A DNA stretch of 64,000 bases. It comes from Lacinutrix sp. GTDB taxonomy: Bacteria > Bacteroidota > Bacteroidia > Flavobacteriales > Flavobacteriaceae. Position 1 is the stretch's first letter, and each line of letters starts with the position of its first letter. A program made the position numbers and the translations under genes. Positions 30,478-40,991 of the stretch are shown here, piece after piece. The notes under the pieces were generated by a model. It did no database searches. It was not told the DNA's origin and saw nothing but the letters and a program-made list of their open reading frames with translations. Location: the NCBI RefSeq assembly GCF_037625555.1, contig NZ_JASJHV010000140.1, positions 982 through 64,981 of the forward strand, written 5' to 3'.

Positions 30478-30589
30478 CGAATTAATAATAAAGATTTCAC
30501 AATAATTGAATAGATATTTAGATAGTTTTAACTAACCTGAAAAATAGGTATGGATTTTGTTTATCTTTATACACCTTAAAACCTTATAA

Positions 30590-31846
30590 ATGAGAATTTA
30601 CATTAAACATTTTTTGTTTTTTTTTATAGCTTCAATTTCTTTTAATACATACAGTCAAATTGAAGAAATAAATCCTACCGAAGAAATTAAAACTATAACT
30701 TTTAAAGGTGATACACCAGAAAGTCAATTACCAATTTTAAGACTTGGCGAATACCTTGTACTTGAGTTCGATGTTTTAAATGGAAATGAGGACGATTATT
30801 ACTATGAAATAAAACATTACAATTACGACTGGACACCATCAATATTAGTAGAGTCAGAATACCTGCAAGGCTTTAATGAACAACGTATAAGAACATGGGA
30901 CAATTCATTTAACACCTATCAAATATATTCACATTTTACATTAAAAATTCCTAACCAACAAACTCGAGCCATAACAAAATCTGGGAATTACATTATTACC
31001 ATATATAATGAAGATGACGAAATAGAGTTTACTAGAAAATTCATGATCTATGAAGATATTGCCAATGTAGGCTTAGCCATTAAACGTTCTAGAGATGTAA
31101 GTGATATTAAAGAAAGACAATCTGTAGATATAGCTATTAACTCTTCAGCATTAAGATTCAATAACCCTTTAGAAACTATAAAAACAGTAATTATTCAGAA
31201 TAACAATTTAAAAACTGCTATTATGAACATAAAACCTCAATATATTTTAGGTAACGAATTACAATACCGCTACATAAAAGAAACTAGCTTTTATGCAGGA
31301 AACGAATACTTGTATTTTGAAAACAAAGACCTAAGAGGCGCAAATACTGGTGTTCAGTTTATAGAATTAATAGAGCTTTACAACAGTCATTTATACAGAA
31401 ATATCTTACGTGCAGATAGAGATTATACTTACAATCAATATATTAATGGTAATTTTTTAATTACAGCATTAGATACTGACAATCCAAAAATTGGAGCAGA
31501 TTACGCTCAAGTTCATTTTACTCTAGAATTAAACAAATTAAGCAAAGGACAAACGGTACATGTTTACGGAAATTTTAATAACTATACTTTAGACGAAACA
31601 ACACAACTAAGCTATTTCGAAGACGAAAGTACTTACGAAGGAAAACTATTATTAAAACAAGGTTTTTATAGTTATAAGTATGTTATAAAAAACAAAGATG
31701 GCAGTATAGATGAAAACGCAATTAGCGGTAATTTTCATCAAACCGAAAACAACTACAAAGTGCTAGTGTATTACAGAGACTTGGGTGCACGATACGATCG
31801 AATAATAGGCGTAGGTGAAGCAAACTCTATAAACATAACAAACTAA
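30590..31846 (+). CDS. DUF5103 protein (type IX secretion system Plug-like)
   Basis: Signal peptide, LEFD..YDWTPS, LKQGFYSYKY, FHQTENNYKVLVYYR..YDRIIG. Confidence 0.8.
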   Translation: MRIYIKHFLFFFIASISFNTYSQIEEINPTEEIKTITFKGDTPESQLPILRLGEYLVLEFDVLNGNEDDYYYEIKHYNYDWTPSILVESEYLQGFNEQRIRTWDNSFNTYQIYSHFTLKIPNQQTRAITKSGNYIITIYNEDDEIEFTRKFMIYEDIANVGLAIKRSRDVSDIKERQSVDIAINSSALRFNNPLETIKTVIIQNNNLKTAIMNIKPQYILGNELQYRYIKETSFYAGNEYLYFENKDLRGANTGVQFIELIELYNSHLYRNILRADRDYTYNQYINGNFLITALDTDNPKIGADYAQVHFTLELNKLSKGQTVHVYGNFNNYTLDETTQLSYFEDESTYEGKLLLKQGFYSYKYVIKNKDGSIDENAISGNFHQTENNYKVLVYYRDLGARYDRIIGVGEANSINITN

Positions 31847-31942
31847 ACTATTAAAGATTAGTTAAAAATAGCCTTCCACAAACCTTATTTATTGCTATTA
31901 TTAAGCTAATTCATTACTTTAGCTTAGAAATAAACATACAGA

Positions 31943-32329
31943 ATGGTTCAACAAGTAACAAGTGGTATCAAAATTTCTGTAGTAACAAATTTTGAAGGCA
32001 CATTTTATAAAAACTATAAAATACATTTTGCCTTTGGTTATAATGTTACTATAGAAAACCAGAGCAAAGACACTGTACAGCTAAATAATAGACGTTGGAC
32101 AATTCTTGATGCTTTAAATACTGTTGAAACTGTTTCTGGCGAAGGCGTAATAGGCTTAAAACCAGTATTAAAACACGGAGAATCTCACACTTACTCTTCT
32201 GGATGTTTATTAACTTCTCCTTTTGGAGCCATGAAAGGTTATTATAGCATGGTAAACTTTACAACTACAAAAAAGTTTAATGTTGCTATACCTACTTTTA
32301 AATTAAGCGCTCCTTTTGCTATAAATTAA
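31943..32329 (+). CDS. apaG: ApaG protein
   Basis: GEGVIG..PVL..YSSGC..GAMKGYY. Confidence 0.93.
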   Translation: MVQQVTSGIKISVVTNFEGTFYKNYKIHFAFGYNVTIENQSKDTVQLNNRRWTILDALNTVETVSGEGVIGLKPVLKHGESHTYSSGCLLTSPFGAMKGYYSMVNFTTTKKFNVAIPTFKLSAPFAIN

Positions 32330-32431
32330 AAGTCTTTTCTATTAAATTTATAAACCATATTATTCTGTTTTAAATAAAAGAAATGGCAGTTTGAGTAATG
32401 AATAATTTGGTATGCTTTATTATAATTAAAA

Positions 32432-33315
32432 CTAGAGTCTTGAAATGTAAATAGCATCACAATCTATATTTCCATAAGGTGAAATACGCTTGTAGCGATA
32501 TTGGTTTACTGTTTGGATTTCATAAATCTTGTACCAAGCACCAGCCGCAATAACAGAGATCCATTGTGCTTTTTTATCTAGACCTTCTACTTTTTTTGGA
32601 ATAATTGTTCCTACAGGATTAGGTTTATACCCTCTTAATCTATCTAGAAAACATTTTAAATTTTCGCTTTTTTGAGAACCCGTAAACTCCGAAATCAGAG
32701 CTTTATCTGAGACTTCGAATGAAAAATCATGAGTGTTAGCAAGCAAAACATTACCTACTGTACTAGGTGTAAACCATTTAGATTTTTGCAAAGCTTTTTT
32801 AATTTTAGAATCTGTAACTGAAACGATTAAACTATCTGTTACAAAACGCGCACAATTACAAGCGTCTTTTTTAAAAACTGCATAATAAATTCACGCTCTT
32901 GTATTTTAGTAATATGAGCTCTAGCTATATGGTAATTAATTTTATTACAAACCGAGGCAACTAACCTTCCATCACCATGCGTGATTTTAGGATTAGTAGC
33001 TAAAAATTTTAATATTCTATCAAGGTTTAAAATTTTATCACCCTCAATTTCTGCCTTAAAAGGAAACTGTAACTCATTATCAGTTAATACGCCACGAACT
33101 CTTCCGTTTGGCTCAGAGGTTATATAGCGACCAAAATCATGATATTCTAAAACCTTTGTCTCTTTATTTATTAAAACTAAAGCGGCATGTCCAGCAAGAA
33201 CACTTGTTTTATTACCAACAACAACAAACCTTAGATATGGTGAGTACCATTCTTTGGCATGAGACACTATAGTATATGGATAGGCTAAAATTAAAACAAA
33301 TGCCGTGTTACTAAT
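32432..33315 (-). pseudogene. DUF6695-like hypothetical, pseudogene
   Basis: AGHAALVLI..YHDFGRYIT; ATT at 33313-33315 where a start is expected; frameshift near 32885; SPYGNIDCD in last fragment. Confidence 0.75.
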
Positions 33316-34030
33316 TTATCAATACAAAAGAGTTTAAAATCTTAACCGAAGTTTCTTGAGTTTTTAAATTTATAAATTTTATTTCAATAGTATCACCAGT
33401 TTTTTCTATTTGAGTAATACTGGTCATTTTCACAAAACCTCGATGCATAATTACACCATAATCAGTATTACCTTTTCCTGCGGTTTTATGGAAATTTAAA
33501 ATTGATTCAGAAGACAATTTGTTTTTAGTTTCAAAATCTTTAAACCATTGGTATCTCTCTGCTTTTTTTTCTTCAGTATATAAAGTTGAAGAAGACCATA
33601 TGTGATTAGTTAAACCCAATTGGCTAAAATGCGCTTTATTACCATCCCAAACAATTTCATAGAAATTTAAACTGGTATTCCAATCTGCAACAACAATTGT
33701 AAAAGGTTCAATTCCTATATAGTTGTATAATTTAGCCTCGTCAATATTTTTTAAAGTTAATAAATCTGTCACAACAACACCTCTAATCTGTCTGTATTGT
33801 TGTTTTCTCTAATGAAGCACAAACCCTCCATTTAACAGACATACAACTCTATTCTTATTACTAGCTCCTATCCAACTTCCTCCAGACTGCTCATCTTTTG
33901 GTATCAACAATTCAGTAGTTTTAATAGTATGAAAACATGGCGATAATGCATTCCTATTTGGTGCTTCGTCTCAATTTGAAGTTAAGACAAAATCGTATTT
34001 GTTTTTAAAAAAAAGACTTACTGTACACAT
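33311..34030 (-). pseudogene. NRDE (Tango2) family protein, pseudogene
   Basis: MCTVS..LTSN*DE (TGA within the NRDE motif), GGSWIG, LLNGG, second in-frame TAG, IWSSSTLY. Confidence 0.88.
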
Positions 34031-34119
34031 ATATTGATAGTCAGAAAAAAGAATGACAATTTACAAAAAATTAAGAATTGTTTGACGTTTTCTTAAGTTT
34101 TAAATCTATAAAAATTTTG

Positions 34120-34127
34120 TAACTTTG
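34120..34127 (+). promoter_or_regulatory. -7 promoter element for pruA
   Basis: TAACTTTG matches TAnnTTTG. Confidence 0.55.
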
Positions 34128-34163
34128 GACTTCAATTTTTTACAAATAAAAACAACAAATAAA

Positions 34164-35789
34164 ATGGGAAAAGGATTTTTTAATGTACCTATTGCAGTAA
34201 ACGAACCTGTAAGAGCTTACGCTCCTGGATGCAAATATCGCGAAGCAATTTCGAAAGCTTACCAAAAAATGTATAATAGTGTATTAGACGTGCCAATGTA
34301 CATTAATGGTAAAGATGTTTCAACTGGAAACACAAAACCTATGTCACCACCTCATGATCACAAACATGTTGTTGGTCACTACCATTTAGCAGAAATATCT
34401 CATATTGATGAGGCTATTTCTACTGCATTAGCAGCAAAAGAAAATTGGGCAAACATGCCATGGGAACACAGAGCAGGTATCTTTTTAAAAGCTGCTGAGT
34501 TAATTGCTGGACCATATAGAGCTAGAATAAATGCCGCTACAATGATGGCACAATCTAAAACAATACACCAAGCAGAAATTGATGCTTCATGTGAACTTAT
34601 AGATTTTTTACGCTATAACGTACAGTACATGACAGATATGTTTCAAGAACAGCCAGAAAGTACAAGTGATGCATGGAACAGACTTGAATATAGACCTTTA
34701 GAAGGTTTTGTATACGCAGTCTCACCGTTTAACTTTACCGCTATTGCTGGAAATCTTCCATCTTGTATGGCAATGATGGGTAACGTTGTTTTATGGAAAC
34801 CAAGTGACTCTCAAATCTATTCTGCAAAAGTTATTATGGATGTATTTGAAGAAGCTGGAGTTCCTCCAGGTGTAATAAACGTTGTTTTTGGGGATCCAAA
34901 AATGATTACTGATATTGTATTAGCAAGTCCAGATTTTTCAGGATTACACTTTACTGGATCAACTTACATATTTAAAGAACTTTGGAAACAAATTGGTAAC
35001 AATATTCATAACTACAAAACATATCCTAAAATTGTTGGTGAAACTGGTGGGAAAGATTTTATTGTTGCACACAAAACAGCAAATCCAATTCAGGTAGCTA
35101 CAGCAATTGCGCGTGGTGCTTTTGAGTTTCAAGGACAAAAATGTAGTGCAGCTTCTCGTGCTTATATTTCTAAAAGTATTTGGAATGAAGTTAAAGAGCA
35201 ATTAGTTAAAGATGTAAAATCTTTTAAAATGGGTTCTCCAGCAAATATGGAAAACTTTATTACTGCCGTAATTCATGAAGGTTCTTTTGATAAGTTAGCA
35301 AAATATATTGATCAAGCTCAAGCAGACAAAAATGCAGATATTATTGTTGGTGGAGGTTACGACAAAAGCAAAGGTTACTTTATTGAGCCAACAGTTATTG
35401 TAACAGACGACCCTAAATACACTACAATGTGCGATGAGCTATTTGGACCTGTAATGACAATTTATGTTTTTGATGATAATAAATTCTCTGAAACATTAAA
35501 ACTAGTTGATGAAACATCTGATTATGCATTAACTGGAGCTATTTTAGCTGCAGACCGTTATGCTGTAGTAGAGGCAACAAAAGCACTTCAAAATTGTGCT
35601 GGAAACTTTTATATAAACGACAAACCTACAGGTGCTGTTGTTGGACAACAACCATTTGGTGGAGCTAGAGGCTCTGGAACAAATGATAAAGCAGGTAGTA
35701 TTTTAAACCTACAGCGTTGGGTGTCGCCAAGAATGATTAAAGAAACATTTGTAACACCTACAGATTACAGATATCCATTTTTAGGATAA
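34164..35789 (+). CDS. pruA: L-glutamate gamma-semialdehyde (P5C) dehydrogenase
   Basis: SPFNF, FTGS, GETGGK, QGQKCSAASR, QPFGGARGSGTNDKAGS. Confidence 0.95.
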   Translation: MGKGFFNVPIAVNEPVRAYAPGCKYREAISKAYQKMYNSVLDVPMYINGKDVSTGNTKPMSPPHDHKHVVGHYHLAEISHIDEAISTALAAKENWANMPWEHRAGIFLKAAELIAGPYRARINAATMMAQSKTIHQAEIDASCELIDFLRYNVQYMTDMFQEQPESTSDAWNRLEYRPLEGFVYAVSPFNFTAIAGNLPSCMAMMGNVVLWKPSDSQIYSAKVIMDVFEEAGVPPGVINVVFGDPKMITDIVLASPDFSGLHFTGSTYIFKELWKQIGNNIHNYKTYPKIVGETGGKDFIVAHKTANPIQVATAIARGAFEFQGQKCSAASRAYISKSIWNEVKEQLVKDVKSFKMGSPANMENFITAVIHEGSFDKLAKYIDQAQADKNADIIVGGGYDKSKGYFIEPTVIVTDDPKYTTMCDELFGPVMTIYVFDDNKFSETLKLVDETSDYALTGAILAADRYAVVEATKALQNCAGNFYINDKPTGAVVGQQPFGGARGSGTNDKAGSILNLQRWVSPRMIKETFVTPTDYRYPFLG

Positions 35790-35812
35790 TAGCCATTTTT
35801 ATTATAATTATT

Positions 35813-35845
35813 AAAAAACCCAAAGCATATAGCTCTGGGTTTTTT
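35813..35845 (+). terminator. Intrinsic terminator after pruA
   Basis: AAAAAACCCAAAGC-ATATA-GCTCTGGGTTTTTT. Confidence 0.7.
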
Positions 35846-35927
35846 ATTTTTCGCCTCGATTAATCTATGTTTAAAGCGCGAATTTAAAATTATGTATATT
35901 GTATTTTACTTTATTAAAAAAGTTACC

Positions 35928-38381
35928 ATGAAACAAATCTACTTTATTGCAATTCTACTATACTCCTCATTTTGTTATTCGCAAAAATTCCAACCATTAG
36001 ACTACTCTGGGTTTGATGTATCTGATTTAAAAACTAATCTTTTTGTTGAAAATGCCAGTCCATTATCATCTATAGCAAAAAATAGTGATACTTATTCTAT
36101 GCTTGGTTTCATTCAACAATATAAAGAGTTTGCTAATAACAATAATGAGTTGTTTAACAACTTTAAGAATCTGCAACGCTTTAATATTCCAATTAATTCT
36201 TCTAGCATTATTAGTATTGGGCTAATGCATATAGAATATGAAGCCTTAAACAAAAACAATCTTAAAAACAATGACGTTTCTGTAAATAATGGCCTTGTTA
36301 GCAGGATAAATACTGATTATATTTTCAACTACAATACATCAACGCTTATCGCTCCATTAGCCTCAACTAAAAGAGGCTTAAACACCACTTATGTTTTAAA
36401 TGATGATTTCTATATAAATAACACAAACAACTCTATTGTTTCTATTCAGGCCGATTTTAATAATGGTAATGGATTTATAGAATTAAATTTTAATACACCA
36501 GTTACAGTAAATTATACAGTAGAAGGCAAAAAAAACATCATATTCAATATAAAATTATCTAATGGAGAAATTACAACAAGGTATTCAAGCATTATTATTG
36601 AAAACTCTAAAAAAGATTTAAGTTCTCAAAATAAAATGACTCCATCTGATATTACATCTTCTATTGTTGCCAATTTATCTAATTATAATGGAGCAATATC
36701 ACACGCTGGTTTGGCTGAATATGAAGTTTTTTTAGGTGCAGACAATAGTTTAGACAAGCCCATTTTTATTATTGATGGTTTCGATCCAAGCGATACAAGA
36801 AATATATCTGGAATATATGATTTATTAAATTTTGACGATAATGGTACAACACAAAATCTTGCAGACCAAGTAAGAAATAATGATGACTATGATGTGGTCT
36901 TAATTAATTTCCCTTCCTACTTTCTTTTATCTAATGGAACATTACAATCTCTGGAAAACTCGACAGATGTTAATGGAGATACTGTTATAGATGTACTTGA
37001 TTATCCTGGAAGTTTATTAGTAGATGGTGGTGCAGATTTTATTGAGCGCAATGCTTTTAGTGTAGTCGAAGTAATAAATTTAATTAATTCGCAAAAAATA
37101 GGTAGCGAGGAGAATGTTATTATTGGCCCAAGCATGGGTGGACTTATAACTCGATACGCTTTAAATTATATGGAAGCTAATTCTATTGACCACGAAACAC
37201 GTTTATGGCTATCTTTCGACTCTCCTCATTTAGGTGCAAATGTGCCAATTGGTTTTCAACATTTATTCAACTACTTAGGATACGGTCTAGATACATGGGT
37301 TGGTGATTTTAGTCTTGAAGCCGTTAGACCAATTGTAGATGGAATGTTAAAATCGGCTGCAGCAAGGCAAATGCTTACAGATCATTTTGAACCACATTTA
37401 GCAAATGGAGAAATTGCAGAATTTAATTCAAATATTCTACTACCAGTAGCACACCCTTACTCAACTATATTTTTTAACAGTATTAATAGCATGACAAGTA
37501 CTGGTTTTCCTGAAACAACAAGAAATGTTTCCCTCATTAATGGAAGTGGAATTGGAAACCCTTATCAGGATAAAAACGGAAACGATTTAATTCCTGGAAA
37601 CAAAGTAATTGATGCATTTTTGCCAGGAGTAGCAACCTTAACAGATGCCTATTTTGATACTTGGTTTACACCATTAGCCAATCAGACTATTAAAATTGAT
37701 GATATATGGATAAATGCTCCTTGGATTTGTTTTTGTGACATTAATGCAGAGCCAGACTCTAGAGCTTTTTTATATTCTAATGGTGTAGATGCAGCTCCTG
37801 GAGGCCTATTTGACTTAGGTGCTCTAGCAGCTGGAATGGTTGGAACAGATGCAACAATTGATGCGTTTTTTGCCTCATTATCTACAGATTATTTTAATTT
37901 TATTCCAACAGTTAGTGGTATGGCTTTAAATACAAACCCAAACATAAATTGGTTTCAAAATATTAATTTAGGAATAGGAGATACACCTTGGGATGGAATT
38001 ACAACCACTAACTCACAAACACCATTTGTAAACTGGTATATGCCAGACAATAACGAACCTCACGTAACATTAACTTCGGGAAATGTAGAATTTGCGTTAG
38101 ACGAAATATTAAAAAAAGGAGACTTAAGTGTTAAGATTGTTCTTCAAGCACCTAAATTAAGCGTACATCCAAACCCAACTAATGGTAAAGTAACTATTAA
38201 TAATATTAAATCAAAAACTAAATTAATAGTCTATAATATTTTAGGTAGACAATTATTAGAACAAGTACTTACACCTAATAAAAACAAAGTTGATATTAGC
38301 AATTATGCAAAAGGTGTTTATTTGTTTAGTTTAAAAGATGAAGATGGAAAATTAACTACTAAAAAGGTTGTTTTACAGTAA
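35928..38381 (+). CDS. Secreted alpha/beta-hydrolase (lipase-like) with T9SS type A CTD
   Basis: Signal peptide MKQIYF; IDGFDP; GPSMGGL nucleophile elbow; DSPHLGAN; CTD HPNPTNG..YNILGR..KGVYLF..KKVVLQ. Confidence 0.88.
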   Translation: MKQIYFIAILLYSSFCYSQKFQPLDYSGFDVSDLKTNLFVENASPLSSIAKNSDTYSMLGFIQQYKEFANNNNELFNNFKNLQRFNIPINSSSIISIGLMHIEYEALNKNNLKNNDVSVNNGLVSRINTDYIFNYNTSTLIAPLASTKRGLNTTYVLNDDFYINNTNNSIVSIQADFNNGNGFIELNFNTPVTVNYTVEGKKNIIFNIKLSNGEITTRYSSIIIENSKKDLSSQNKMTPSDITSSIVANLSNYNGAISHAGLAEYEVFLGADNSLDKPIFIIDGFDPSDTRNISGIYDLLNFDDNGTTQNLADQVRNNDDYDVVLINFPSYFLLSNGTLQSLENSTDVNGDTVIDVLDYPGSLLVDGGADFIERNAFSVVEVINLINSQKIGSEENVIIGPSMGGLITRYALNYMEANSIDHETRLWLSFDSPHLGANVPIGFQHLFNYLGYGLDTWVGDFSLEAVRPIVDGMLKSAAARQMLTDHFEPHLANGEIAEFNSNILLPVAHPYSTIFFNSINSMTSTGFPETTRNVSLINGSGIGNPYQDKNGNDLIPGNKVIDAFLPGVATLTDAYFDTWFTPLANQTIKIDDIWINAPWICFCDINAEPDSRAFLYSNGVDAAPGGLFDLGALAAGMVGTDATIDAFFASLSTDYFNFIPTVSGMALNTNPNINWFQNINLGIGDTPWDGITTTNSQTPFVNWYMPDNNEPHVTLTSGNVEFALDEILKKGDLSVKIVLQAPKLSVHPNPTNGKVTINNIKSKTKLIVYNILGRQLLEQVLTPNKNKVDISNYAKGVYLFSLKDEDGKLTTKKVVLQ

Positions 38382-38429
38382 ATCTATTTTGTTTAACATA
38401 ATTCAAACAAAAAAATTCATAGATTATTT

Positions 38430-38507
38430 CTAATCAAAAGTAATATGCTGGTAAGCACCTAAGTCTGGAGAAGCAGTTCTACTTATACCTAAAACATCTT
38501 GAGGTAC
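38430..38507 (-). pseudogene. 3' remnant of a deleted hypothetical (beta-helix-type) protein gene
   Basis: VPQDVLGISRTASPDLGAYQHITFD* has the D..G..R...PDLGAY terminal motif; nothing matching upstream. Confidence 0.6.
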
Positions 38508-38509
38508 TA

Positions 38510-39257
38510 GGACCTGCATTAAACCCAAATACAGGCGAAGAAAACTTAATGCGTGACGATTAATACCTGCAATTAGTCCTTATAGCGACACCATTAGCAT
38601 TCCAACTAACATTTTTATAGTGTTGGTATTACTGGCACTGGAGCTCTTGAGGATAATATTATTGATTGGGTATGGGTAGAACTACGAGATGCAAATGATA
38701 ACACATCGATAATTGCAGAAAAATCAGCATTATTACAAAGAGATGGTGATATTTTAGATATTGATGGTATTTCTAGTCTTGCATTCGATGTTCCAGGTAC
38801 TAATTACTATGTTGCTATTAAACATAGAAACCATTTAAGTATTATATCAAGTACACCTATAGCGTTATCGATAATTACTACAAGTATTAATTTTAGCGAC
38901 GTAACTAAACCAATTACATTTGGCTCTAATGCACAAACTAACTTTGGAATGCCTTCAGACACATTAGCAATGTGGGCAGGGAATGTAAATAGTGATACTG
39001 TAGTACAGTATTCTGGAGTCACTCCAGACATTATAAGTATTTTGTCTGAAGTATTAAGTGATTTGGGAAACTTACTTAATTTACCAACATACGTGGTGAA
39101 TGGATACAGTTCTAATGACATAAACATGGATGGAAAAACTCAATATACAGGAACAGAACCAGACACACCTTTTGTGCTTCAGAATGTTTTAGTTCACCCG
39201 AGTAATTTTTTAAACTTTAGTACGTATCAAATACAAGAACAATTACCAGAAGATTAA
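38510..39257 (+). pseudogene. Remnant of shared dockerin-like C-terminal domain, copy 3
   Basis: GPALNPNTGEENLMRDD*, frameshifts, then open DNIIDWVWVELRD..ALLQRDGD..KHRNHL..WAGNVNSD..NDINMDGKTQYTG..QIQEQLPED*. Confidence 0.88.
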
Positions 39258-39495
39258 CAACAAATAAAAATTTGAATAAACCTAGAAGTCTCTAGCATTG
39301 CATCAAATTGAATTTCTACATGATTCTTAGGACTCATAAAGCAATATACAAACCACCATTTAATACAATACACCCATAGTATAAAAACACTACTTTTAAA
39401 AGGAGATAATAATGTATAAAAAAAGCGCGACCAAAATGGTTCGCTTTTTTTTAGTCTTGTTTTAAAAGTAAAATTAACTAGATAATTAAACAAAA

Positions 39496-39523
39496 AAAAG
39501 GCCTCCAAACATGGAAGCCTTTT
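39496..39523 (-). terminator. Terminator-like hairpin after Omp28-like gene
   Basis: AAAAGGCCTCCA-AACA-TGGAAGCCTTTT. Confidence 0.6.
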
Positions 39524-39541
39524 TCTATATATAAAACAATA

Positions 39542-40849
39542 TTAGTCGAAATCTTTATTCTCTCCTAAATCAGCTTTTTGAACATTTAACGCTTTGTTAT
39601 CTGGGCCAACTACAAAAGCAACAAGCTCTAATTCACTTGTATCTTGAACTGTTCCAGGAACAGTTAAAGTATAGTTAGCTGTGTGTGTGCTCCCTGTATC
39701 AGAATCTGCCGCTGGTATTGCATCACCAAAAACATCTGTAAAAACAGTACGTGCTACATGATCATGTACAAAACCTACAATTGGATTACCTGTTTGGTAC
39801 CAAGGGCTTGAAGAATCTCCATTATAATAGTTTACTTGGTTGTAAACTAAACCATTCTCTAATAAATAAACAACAATTCTATTATCTGAACTTGCTTTTA
39901 AATCATAGTGTACGTTTACCTCAGCAGTAATTGTAGAGCCAGAAAGAGAAGAAGTAATTGATAATCCCATATTTTGTCTCGTATTTATGTGTGAAGACAA
40001 TTGGTTAAAGTTTTCATTCCACGTTGTTGTTCTATTAATTTTAGCAGTTGGAAATCCATTAACACCAAAAGCACTTTCCATTTGGTTAGCATATGGAAAT
40101 AACATTTGGTTATCATCATGTATTGCTACTGGTATAATATTACCGTTTTGGTTTACTGCATCTTCTAAAGAAGAAGCAACTCTTGGGCAATAACCACACC
40201 ATGTACCTGTATAATCTTCAATCATAACTTTAGTTGTATGTGTAGATGCTACTGCATTTAAAACAACTGTATTAGAAACTAAATCAGAACCATCAGGTAA
40301 TACATAAGTTGCATAAACATTATATGTACCAGCACTTGCAAAAGTAGCAGGATTCGTTAATGTTCCAGACTCTGCAGTATAAGTAACCAAACCAGTTTGG
40401 TTAACTCCAAAGTTATCTGTTACTACAAAAGCAGCACTTCCTGAATCAAACCAAAAATCATTTACATTTGTTGTAAGAGTTAATGCAGTTGGAGTACTTG
40501 CTTCTTGAACATTTATAGTTACAGAATTAGTTAGACTACCATTAGTAGCAGTAACAGTAAAATCTGCAGCAGAAGTAAATGTGTAAGGATTTGCAATTAC
40601 TGCACCTCCAAGTGTTAGCACTGAACTTGAAGTGACATCTGTACCTAAATTGTTTACAACAGTAAAAGTTACAGCTTCTCCTGTAAGAGCACTAGATGGG
40701 TTACCTGTTACAGTAATTGAAGTTGCCGCAGCTCCTCCTCCACCTCCACCATTTCCATCTCCACTTCCATCATCAGAACCGCTACATGCAAATGCAAAAA
40801 CCACGAAGGTTAATACTACTAATTCTTTTAAAATACTTTTTACTCTCAT
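39542..40849 (-). CDS. Omp28-related lipoprotein with thioredoxin-like CXXC
   Basis: Lipobox AFAC followed by SGSDDG; Ig-like repeats; IEDYTGTWCGYCPR, GFPT, HDHVAR. Confidence 0.88.
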   Translation of the reverse strand: MRVKSILKELVVLTFVVFAFACSGSDDGSGDGNGGGGGGAAATSITVTGNPSSALTGEAVTFTVVNNLGTDVTSSSVLTLGGAVIANPYTFTSAADFTVTATNGSLTNSVTINVQEASTPTALTLTTNVNDFWFDSGSAAFVVTDNFGVNQTGLVTYTAESGTLTNPATFASAGTYNVYATYVLPDGSDLVSNTVVLNAVASTHTTKVMIEDYTGTWCGYCPRVASSLEDAVNQNGNIIPVAIHDDNQMLFPYANQMESAFGVNGFPTAKINRTTTWNENFNQLSSHINTRQNMGLSITSSLSGSTITAEVNVHYDLKASSDNRIVVYLLENGLVYNQVNYYNGDSSSPWYQTGNPIVGFVHDHVARTVFTDVFGDAIPAADSDTGSTHTANYTLTVPGTVQDTSELELVAFVVGPDNKALNVQKADLGENKDFD

Positions 40850-40991
40850 TTTGGTATGTGTTTTGTTAATAAATACTAATTATCCATTATCTCAGACAAT
40901 TTTTGTTTCAATGTTCTAATCTATAACATATTTATCAAAAAATTCAAAAATAAATCACTAATTTTATAAAAAATATTTAATAATATATCAA

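Noticed and set aside
17992-39257. The three CTD copies as a diversity-generating retroelement or cassette-switching system
   Set aside because: Copies are diverged paralogs with differences not confined to adenines; no reverse transcriptase or recombinase in the window
39254-39508. 84-aa minus-strand ORF
   Set aside because: Crosses two terminator-like hairpins and has no recognisable motif; at most an eroded remnant
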